Source: Ginglymostoma cirratum
Taxonomy: Eukaryota
NCBI GenBank assembly: GCA_024137785.1
Contig: JAHRHZ010000095.1
Span: 124,001-188,000 of the forward strand
Length of the DNA stretch: 64,000 bases
Direction: 5' to 3'
The notes under the pieces were generated by a model. The model was not told the DNA's origin and ran no database searches. It saw nothing but the letters and a program-made list of their open reading frames with translations. Shown here piece by piece: positions 53,461 to 64,000 of this stretch; the stretch's first letter is position 1, and each line of letters opens with the position of its first letter. Both the position numbers and the translations under genes were made by a program.

Positions 53461-54996
53461 CTAGAACAAGAGAAGGTTGGAAAATGCGATAAATCAATCA
53501 ACAATTTGCCAGGCACTCTCATTTGAAACGATGTGAATGTTGTGTTTCATTGTCTGATACTGATATTCCATACTACGCTGTCTAATCGGTATTTCTATCC
53601 CTCACTGTACGTTATAAGAGGAGGTCCTGCATGGAAAGCTAGCGAGGAGAGATTTCCTCAGACCAGACACGGACAGAATGGTGCAGCCAATGCTGTTTGT
53701 GACTGTTCCTGTAAGTACCAAGCTAAACGTGACCTTGCAGCAAATAGCAGAGCTCAAGATCTGCTGTACTGATCCAGAGGGTGGATACACTTATTTCAAG
53801 GGGATATTCCAGTGGCTGCAGAAATGGATCATGGCATCTCAACAGATATAACCAAACGAATGACACTTGCTCTTGATTACTTTAATTCGATACCACAATG
53901 TAGAACGGTGCCAAAAGCACAGGTCCAATTCCTACACTGCCAGAGGTTACCATGGAGGATACTCCTTCTCAATCTCTCCCCTTGCCTGAAGTGTGGTGAC
54001 CCTCGGGTTAAACCTCTTGTTAAACTATCAGTTGGGTCTCTTTAATGAGAGAGTAGCCCTATGGTCTGCTAGGACTATGACAGTTTTACCACATGTAAAA
54101 CCCTGGCACAATGGTAAAGTCTTCCAGTGTTACGCTTGGACAAGCATCTGATGATACTTTACCTCTGGAGGTTCGATGGTGTAGCCATAATTGGAAAGAA
54201 GAGAATTCAGTGGCATCTACTACCAATGAGATACAACACCCCTTTCAGTAAATATTGTGGTTGGGGAGTGTGTATGAGTGGTAGAGCACAGAACTACTGA
54301 CTTTCTCCACCCCCCCCCCCCAAACCAATGCTGGTCTCCTTTTCCACTGAACACATAACAGCTATCGTCTCATGACTGACAACCCTTCTAGTTCGAACAG
54401 AGCAAGGGATAAAATTAACAGTACAATCAAGTGACTGATGAAAGACAAATGCCAGTTGGATAAAGAACGCAAGCAGCCTTTAAAAATGCCCATCATGTTT
54501 GCCTTTAAAATCTAAGCTCAAATGCAGATCTGACTGCCTCTGCCCCATCAGGTGTTTCTGGGCATGTTAGGCAACCAGTTCGTTGGCACTTTAGAAAATG
54601 GTACACACCCATTCATGCCTCCTCGTATATTTGGGAATGAAGCTTCTGCCTGATTTTGGAGAGAGGGTCAATTGCTCATTCCAGACCCATTTGGAAGACG
54701 GGCTGGAGTTCAAATTGAAAGGAAATCCAACAGGCCTGTTTTCTGCCTGTGATCCAAGTCCAAGAGCTAAGTAGGTGAAAATAGCTCCATGTAATTCTGA
54801 TTACAAAACCTAAAAAGCTCAGCTTTTCCATTTACTACTGTGTTTGACATTTGTTGGCATTTTCAATTCTATGTCAGTTACCACTCACAAATTGTCTCAA
54901 CTCAATTTACAGTCCCCATCTCATTTTTTCTACCCCTGTCCAGCCCATTTCCTGGTTTTAAATGTGGCCCGTCTAACTGAAAGTTGCTACTGGTTA

Positions 54997-55242
<246 letters not shown>

Positions 55243-56214
55243 TTACATCCACTGTGGATCGCAAGATTTAACATTACAGCTGATAGGAACTGTGTCTGAA
55301 GGAAGGACAAAATCTTTACTTGCAGCTTTTCCACAATCAAGCATTTGTAGAGATTAGTCTACATAGTCTTCCTCTGATGTGTAGTTTAGTATACTTTTCT
55401 CTCACTCTCTAGGTGCTGTTCCTGACTTTGTTTTATATATCCTCATGTCTTGCTGTATGCCTGTGTATTCTCCCAGTCTCCAAGAGTTCATACTGATGTG
55501 CTTTTTTTTTAACCAGAGCCCAATGTGGACTCCATGAACCAAATTGCTCCATGAGTGTGTAACCTAAAGCTTCTTACCCTCACCAGATGAAGATCATAGA
55601 TTGGATTGACTCACCATCCCCAGTTTATGATCAAGGCTGCCTCGTTCCAACCACACCGCATCCAAACCCCACCAGATACGAAGTTCACATGGTAGACACC
55701 CACTGCTCTAAATACTATAAACTCCTCCAGTAAAATATTGGGAGGATCAAAGCCATTGCCTTTGGCACTGACACAAACTTCGTGCTCTCAGGCATCAACT
55801 TCACTGACCTCTGGCCAGTGTTTCCGGTGCTCAGAGCCTGTTCACAATCTTGTACATTTCCCCTTCCCATTTGCCCCATCATTCACAGCTGTGGCTTGAA
55901 CTGCCCAGGTTCTTAGGCTCTGGGATTCCCACCCTAAACCCCTCCTGTTTTCTTGCTGTAAAACTAACATTAAACCTTATCTCTTTGACCAAAGGTTCGG
56001 TCCTATGGTCAGGCAACTCTTTTAGTTATGCTTCCGTGAAGTAATCCATTTTCTACATCAATAAATAGACTTGGTTATTGTTTACAGTGTTGCCCCGAAC
56101 TGTGTAGAGTTTGTGTTTAGATCTCTGTTTGGTGATCACAAAGAAACATGTCCCACAGCACCCTTCTGGTATGGGTATAGATATAGGTATCAATGTAACT
56201 TATCTCGTTCTTCG

Positions 56215-56570
56215 ACAGTCACTTGGGATCAATGACTTTCTTCCACTCAGGTTTTGTGGGTGCTGAGGTGGCTACATGCTCCAATTTTCAATCTGTACAT
56301 TCCAGCCCAGGTAAGACAAATGGTGTTTGAAGAGATGGTTGGGTGAGTGGCTTTTCACATATTGTTTGCACTTGGCCTCCACCTGGGCATGTCAGAGACG
56401 CTGACAATGATTGGCACCTTTTGTGGACGTTTCTTTTCTGCTTTCAAAGCCTTGATCAAGAGATTCTCACAAGTTGGAAGGAGCGTCACATTTTTCAAGG
56501 AGGCTTGAGGATGTTCTTGAAGCGTTCCCTCCAGCCTCCTGGTTGCCATAAGTTGTACCTAAATGCTAAC
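56215..56570 (-). mobile_element. RTE-clade LINE 3' fragment
   Basis: The - strand reads WQPGGWRERFKNILK(A)SLKN, similar to the RTE/BovB C-terminal motif GGQRKRFKDxLKxSLK. Confidence 0.6.
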
Positions 56571-57110
56571 ATGCAGTAATCTTCTGTAGGAAAAGAGCCT
56601 GTTTTTATTATACTGCCACAAATTTTTTCTCTATTGCTCGAGAGAAAGCAGATGTTGAAGATTCCCAACAGGAAAAAGGGTGGTAGAAGCAAATCTACAA
56701 GATTGATTTTACACCATGATAAGTTGTGGAGAAGGTAAAGAGGTATTATTTTTCTCTCAGAGGGGCATTAATCTGTGGATCTCTCTTCCCTAAAGAGCAG
56801 TGGAGTCATTGAATATTTTTAAGGTTGAATTAAATAGTTAATATCTGATGAAGAATCACCAGGCTTGAAATGTGGACTATGGGTTTCTCCTCACAGATGC
56901 TACCACACCTGCTGAGTTTGGCCAGCAATTTTTTTTTTGTTTTCTATAGCCAATTCACTGACAATGAAGTTAAAATTTATATGGGATAGACAGGCAAGTA
57001 GAGGACGGAATCAAACCACCATAATCTTATCAAATGGTAGAGCAGGCTGAGGGGATGAATAACTTGGCCTATTCCTGTGTTGTATGTTTGTATGAGAGAC
57101 TGGCTCATAC

Positions 57111-57188
57111 CATTCTACCACGGGCACCATCTCATCTTCTGGCTGGTTTCCTACGATGTGGTCAATGAAATTCAGATTGACTGAGGGC
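57111..57188 (-). CDS. HPD: HPD exon, PSVNLNFIDHIVGNQPEDEMVPVVEW (Fe-ligand His)
   Basis: 78-bp phase 2/2 exon with CAG/GTATGA boundaries; IDHIVGNQP motif. Confidence 0.97.
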
Positions 57189-57588
57189 CTGGAACACACA
57201 TACAAATATCAGCAATGTCAGCTTCAATGCAGATGACCATCATTTCATCAGGTGTGCAGTGCATAAAACACATGCGTAACTTATCTAAGTACATTACATA
57301 CAAATACCTTCCCTGAGTACAGTGCACACAACTAACAGTTGCATCATCACTGTGTTATAAAATTCCTGAAAAAATGAGGCACTGGCTGGAAAAAATGATC
57401 CCGCTCAAAGCATTAGTAGCTATTGCACCCTGTTTCATTTCAGTGTGGTAACCTCCCCTGAATTTGCGTGACCTTTCTCATATGTCCTACAGGCTGTTGG
57501 TGTGCTGCTTGCTGATGCCCCAAATCTATTGTACTAGCCTTTAAATATTTTACCAAAGTAAAAATTTCAGAATATATTGATCCACTTA

Positions 57589-57723
<135 letters not shown>

Positions 57724-58343
57724 TTAGAAACACATAGTGCTAGCTGTGACCTTGGGATTCAGAGGATTTGCTAAATTGTTAAGATTCATTGTGTGCAATC
57801 CATTCATGTCATAATGGGTTGGAGGAAAAATTGGAAGTGAATCAGGAGGTAATTATGAGATGGCACACAGCCTGTAGACCATAAGGGAAGGGAAAGGCTG
57901 TGAAGATGTGAAATTCTGTATCTTTGAATCCTGGAATTGTGAAATGAATCTATCTTTCAACATCTGGAAGTGGAAGAGTGTGTAGGACAAGGGATGTGGA
58001 GCTGCAGAGGAATAAGACATTATCAGAATGGTTGTTCTATTATAACTGAATGTAACTTTCAGATTATATTAAATAATCCAGGGATTTTAGTTGTAGACCC
58101 TACGTTTGCTGTTCATTTCCCAGTTTTGCCCCATTTGAGTTTAATGGGCCAGGTGCTTTTTAAGGACTGAAATTGCAACAGTGGGCACTGAGCAACCCCA
58201 ATGTGTTCTGGGAATGGTTTCTGACCAGTATGTCAGTGCCACTAGGTTTCAATCAAGCCTAGATTATATCGGCTCAGATCGATGTTGAGGTGGACAAACC
58301 TGCTATTGGCTGCCCACCAGTGCCTCACTCAGCATAACAGCGT

Positions 58344-58685
58344 GGGTGGCACAGTGGTCAGCACTGCTGCCTCACAATTCCAGGGACCCGAGTTCAACTC
58401 TACTCTTGGACAGCTGTCAGTGTGGAGTTTGCACATTTCCCCCGGGTCTGTGTGGGCTTCCTCCAGGTGTTCCAGCTTCGTCCCACAGTCCAAAGGTGTG
58501 CAGGTTAGGTGGCTTGGCCATACTAAATTGCCCAAAGATTGCAGACTAGGTGGGTTAGCCATGGGAGATGCCGGGTTACAGGGAGAGGGTGGGGAGGTGG
58601 GTCTGGGTGGGATGCTCTTCAGAGGGTTAGTGTGGACTTGATGGGTCAAACGGCCTGCTTCCACACCGTAGGGAGTCTATGATTA
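58344..58685 (+). mobile_element. tRNA-derived V-SINE (HE1-like)
   Basis: Same family as 37957-38269: degenerate A/B boxes, GTGTGGAGTTTGCACATTT, and the same tail. Confidence 0.9.
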
Positions 58686-58846
58686 CATAGAATCTTTGAT
58701 TTTGTTCTCACTCCATATGCCCAGCAGGATTCCCTCAATAGTCAGCAAGAATAGGAGCCACGACTGCTTTGATTCCCCTCCTCTGTCCCAGGACCGTTGA
58801 ATCAATTTGACAGCAGGATAGTGGGAACTTGTGAATATGTTTACTA

Positions 58847-59032
<186 letters not shown>

Positions 59033-60646
59033 TCAGAGCAACCGTCAGCCTATATCACCTGTAAGCAATCGATTAAAAGGGACAGATTGATGTTGTGATT
59101 GAGTTTAAGGGAAATATTGACCTCAATTATTAAGTATTGTAAACTACAGCTTCTAAAGAAAAGATAGAGAGACAAGGACAATTAGACAGAGAGATAGTGT
59201 TCTGAACATTAACCACTCTTTCAGACACTGATAGATTTGCTTTACAATTACATTTAGTATCAGGATTGTGACTTATTTTTCTTTAATAGAGAATGTTGAT
59301 GAGGGCATCTTTCACAATCTCTATGATACCAGACCCATTGAGTTGATTATTCTAAAGTTCTCAATTCTCTAACTTATACAAAACTCTGAAGATGGTATCA
59401 TGTCAAAAGTAAGTTGTAGTCACGCAGAATCTTTGCTATGATTAACCTATATTAGTTCCCCACCCTCTTAACTTCATGCTCACCTTTACATCTTTAGATA
59501 TCTTCACCACACTGTTGGCTGAAATCTCTTCCGGTGTTATATCTCCTCCAAGAGACGCCGTTCATTTAATAATGGTCTTCCTTCCTCTCACTGCTCCTTT
59601 CACCTTCCCCACAGCCTGAACCTTCAGCCTCTTGCACTCTGGGAAATCCTCCCTGAGGCTTGTGAGCTTTCCAAGACCTTTTGAATGTCCAAATGTTCTG
59701 TCATCTCTCTGAACCTTCCCCTTTCTGGCACAGTGCCAATTCTAATATACGAGTATTTGTGAAGTGTTCTGGGATATTTCTTTCCATTGAAAGCATTACA
59801 TAAATGTAAGCTTTTATAAAGAATCAAAATAATGAGGGCAACATGAGAACGCCTTCTTAGGAACATCCCAGATACGGAGCACTTAGTGATCCAGGATATA
59901 CCTTTCTCCCCCATGGGAAGGATGGATTCTTTGTGATGAATCAGCGCTGAGGTACGCAGCTGCCACTCAGAGCAGCTAACTGCAGTGTGGTGCCAGGAGG
60001 TACCTGGCTTGTAGCCAGGAAGTCAATTTTCTTGACTCCATCAGCTGAGGGGCAGTTGCAGCATCAGAAAATTGAACTGTGGACAGGCACTGGCCTTGAG
60101 CGGCACTGGCAAAGATCAAAGAGCGCACAATTGACAGCAGCTGTTTGGAGAACGATTGAGAAATAGCTGGTGTGAGGGTGATGAACTAGGTTTCTATAAT
60201 GCCCGAGCCAGAAGGAAATCATTAACCCACAGTGACTGGGAGAACAGCACATCACCGAGGAGCTGCTGGTAATGGACTCTTGGTGCATCAGATTTAGCCA
60301 AGTTCAGAAGTGCACAGAAAAGGGAGTTTTCAAACAGTGCTGTGAATTTGACAGCACTGATCCAGAAAGTCCAAAGAAGCATGCAATTAGACAAGTATTC
60401 CCCACCTTTTTTTGTAGCAAAACTTCACTGTACCTTTTAATCGTCAAAATTACAGAGCAACAACCCTTAATTCACAGAATCAAGCTCAATCCCGAAAAGG
60501 GTGACCACCAAAACAGTGATCTGCTTAAAAGGAAAATTCACCTTGCCCTCACAGTGCATGTTATACAAACCAAAGGGGGTGACAGCTGACAACCTTATGC
60601 CACTGCCCCTGTAGACACCGTGCTTCACATTCCTCCTTTTTATTCA

Positions 60647-60808
<162 letters not shown>

Positions 60809-60929
60809 TTACAGGTATGGATTAAGCTGTCTAGAAATGGAGACAGTAATGTCAAAATCGATTGAGTAGCCCAGACACAGTCCAAGGAGTACACACAGCA
60901 ACACATAGAGTCAGCAGTGCCAATCAAAG

Positions 60930-61480
60930 AAACATAGAATAGAATTGAGAGTGGTTACAGACTTCCAGACCATCCTGTCTATGCCAGCTCTGTGACAGGA
61001 GCTCACCGACTCACATATTCTATGTTTTCTCACCAGCACTTCAGAATTTTCCCCCTCATTGTCCAATTCTCTTCAGAAAGCCTTAGTTGAATCTGCCTCC
61101 ACTACAATCTCAGGCAGTTTATTCCAGATCTGAAACTACTCACTGTATAACAAAATGTTATCACCCTAAACCTTGAATCTGGATCCTTTTGCCAATGGCA
61201 TGTTTCTCCCAATCCACTCTGTCCAGACCACTCAAGGTTACATCCATCAAATCCCACTGAATCTCTTCCAATAAGAATAGCCTAAGCTTCAATAATATTC
61301 ACATTACTGTAGTTCTTCATGCTTGGAACCATTCTCCTAAATTTATTGTGCACCCTCTCTACTGCCTTCGTATGCTTCCTAAATGATGCTCAGAACAGGA
61401 CCCAATGCTTCAGTTGAGACTAAATCAGTGTTTATGTGGAACCTACGTCAAAGACATGCACAACGGTGTCGTTATAGAAC
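60930..61480 (-). mobile_element. CR1-type LINE 3' end, decayed
   Basis: Reverse complement of CR1 3' motifs (gtgcaccctctc; cctaagcttc; gaatctgcctccactaca..caggcag..ttccagatc). Confidence 0.7.
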
Positions 61481-61706
61481 ACATAGACCAAGCAGCACTG
61501 AGAGACTCCCAACAGGACAGACACAGAGCCAGTTGTTCAGACAGACCATTTTCACCAGGAGAAACATCTGTGCAAATCATCCAGTCTACCAATTTACATT
61601 AATAATGGAGAAGTGCAAGGAACACTCTAAAGTAGAGCTTCTAAATCGGAAGAGAGCCAACTTTAATGGGCCCAGAGGGAACCTAACCAGGGTAGAACTG
61701 AACCAT

Positions 61707-61923
61707 TAAAACCAAAAGAACTGCAGATGCTGTAAATCAGGAACAAAAACAAAGTTGCTGGAGAAGCTCAGCAGGTCTGGCAGCATTTGTGAAGGAAAAA
61801 ACAGAGTTAACATTTCCGGTCCGGGTTCTGAGGAAGAGTCACCAGACCTGGAAAGTTAACTCAGTTTTAGCCTTCACAGATGCTGCCAGACCTGCTGAAC
61901 TTCTCCAGCAACTTTGTTTTTGT
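61707..61923. mobile_element. Fold-back Penelope-like mini-element (subfamily B), ribozyme core degenerate
   Basis: ~70-bp inverted arms, ~35-nt extension containing ACTGCAGATGCTG, CTGAGGA at 61828-61834, and an imperfect 15-bp TSD (61692-61706 / 61924-61938). Confidence 0.8.
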
Positions 61924-62369
61924 GTTGAATTGAACCATGTCTGACAGAAAAACATTTCATTAGAACACTGGGCGATCTTCAGGGAAGAGATGGTTCAGTA
62001 AGGGAAAAGTAAGTGAACCAGAGCGAAGGTTCCATTTCTGGTGAAATGAGTTTGACCAGCCTTGCTTCTTTCTTTATATTTTCTATCTGTCTTTAGGTCA
62101 AATGGATTCTTCAAGTGAGATCCAGGTAAAATACCAGGTTGAGAAAAAAGTGGAGAGAAAGTAAGACTGTCAAAGGGAGAACATGAGAATACAATAGTCG
62201 TTAACATAAAAGAGAGCGCCAACATCTTCTCCTGGCACATACGTAGTAGTAAGAGGTGGTGTGGAGCCTGTTAGAGCGAAAGAAGGTGATGAAAGTTCAG
62301 AGGTGCAGGCCAGGGCTAGAAATTTAATCAGTGTTTTCCATCACTGTTCCCTGAGGAAGAGGATGCTGA

Positions 62370-63620
62370 AAAAAGTCAATAGAAGGGGAGATAGTAAAAG
62401 TAATGGTTATGGTAAAAATTGAAAGGCTGTGTTGAAAAGGCTGGATTTGGCTTGAGCTGATAAATCAGCTTACATCCTAGATTGTGAAAGGAATTGGAGT
62501 GGTGAGAGCCAAAGGAGTTGTCATGTTCTTCCAAGTTCCCTTTGTACAGGGGAGGTGCCCAAGGATTTGAAAGTGGTAAATGTGACTCACTTGTTCAAGG
62601 AAGTGTGGAAAAACATTGATGGCTGATCAGTGGTGAGTTGCAATGTTTCACAATCAATAATCAGCATAAAATTTAAAAGGTTTTGGAGTGATTTGAATTA
62701 ATGAATAAGAACCAGAATGGATTTGTAAAAGATACATTGTGTTTAAACTAATTGAATTTGTAAATAAAGTAACCATTGATGAAGGGATGCAATGGATACT
62801 GTCCAGATATTTCGGAAAACATTTAACAAAGTACCACATTAAAACACTGGTGCTCTTAGAACAGGGGGGTTCATGCAGCTTGGATTGAAACAAAAATTGG
62901 CTTAGAACAACAAGTTGTGGCAAATGGATGTTTCTGAGGATTGTAAATAATGAGGTTCCCCAATGGCCACGACCAGGACCTTTTTGTTGGAGCTAGAGGT
63001 ATACAAATGATTTGGACTTTGGGACGCAGAGTAAAATTTCAAAACTTGCCAATGATACATTGGAAACATGGAAAAGTGTATGAATAATACTCATTAACAG
63101 GAAATAGACCATCAGAAAGGATAGACAATTGACAGACAGTATTTAAAGCAAAACAGTGTGAGTTGGTGTATTTTTGCAGAATGGAGAGGGAGAGGCAATT
63201 CAGCTTTAATAACACAATTCTACAGAGTGTGCAGGCGCAGAAGATCTAGAATATAGATCTTTGTAAGTCACAAGATATTGTGAGAAAGGAGTTATTAGAC
63301 CATATAGGATCAGTTTGGAGTTTTTAAAAAGAGATGCTAAATACAAAAGCACAAGTTATTTTGAGCCTATATGTTTTGATAAGGCCACAACTAGAGCATC
63401 TGTTCTGGGCACCACATTTTACAAAGGATGCTAAAATCCTTGGGATGGTACACAGAAGTTTACCACAATGAGGGATTTTATCTACAAGGTTAAATTGGAG
63501 AAACTAAGGTTGTTATCCCAGCAGCACAGATAATGAAGGGAAATTAGGCAGAGATGTACAAGAATATGTCAGTTTTAAATAACATAGTCAGAGAAAAACT
63601 GTTCCCATTAACAGAAGGTA
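62370..63620 (+). mobile_element. Old CR1-type LINE, decayed RT region
   Basis: Residual motifs (VPKDLKVVNVTHLFK, SKLANDT, IRPQLE) in CR1 order. Confidence 0.7.
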
Positions 63621-64000
63621 CGAGGTATCCCAACTAACATTGTACTTCTGCAAATCATGCCCAAACATTAGCATTGTACATCCACAGGGCATACCCCAAC
63701 TCACTGATATTGTGTCAACTTGTCTATATCTGAGCTCACCAAACACTGTACTCCAGTTATTCATCACTCTCTTACTCTGGCTATAGCCCAGCCCAGAAAG
63801 CTACTGTGCCAATTCAAGCTTTTGCTCATCCCACCAATGGGATGTAACAAAAGCTGTTCCACACCTCATAGACACTCTTTGGGAATAGAATGTAACACAG
63901 CAAAACAGCAAAAGGCCCACTGTCCTGAAATCAACAGGAAGCAACATTATTTAATGGTGGGAAGTTAGAGTCCTGCTGATGACATAGCTAATATCTCATT

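Overview
Vertebrate genomic DNA, most likely from a shark or other elasmobranch (HE1-type V-SINEs and abundant CR1 LINEs). Two convergent spliced genes are present. (1) RNF43, the transmembrane RING E3 ligase and Wnt antagonist, on + strand: seven coding exons from the PA domain to the stop at 34754; the 5' exons were not found. (2) A 4-hydroxyphenylpyruvate dioxygenase (HPD family) gene on - strand: nine coding exons from 60732 to the stop at 46419; its 5' exons were not found and probably lie beyond the window. It is probably the hpda-type paralogue rather than the orthologue of mammalian HPD. Introns and intergenic DNA carry decayed CR1, L2, RTE and Rex1/Babar LINEs, a Ty3/Gypsy relic with LTR remnants and a PPT, and two SINEs. 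The most unusual signal is a set of ~215-230 bp fold-back elements in two subfamilies (at least 9 copies or fragments). Their arms carry minimal hammerhead-ribozyme cores (CUGAnGA-stem II-GAAAC-GUH), and the two best copies have a 33-nt single-arm extension and 13-bp TSDs. They look like non-autonomous Penelope-like mini-retroelements, and one appears to have caused the 400-N assembly gap. Exon coordinates were read by hand; repeat boundaries are approximate and family assignments come from motif recognition, not database searches.
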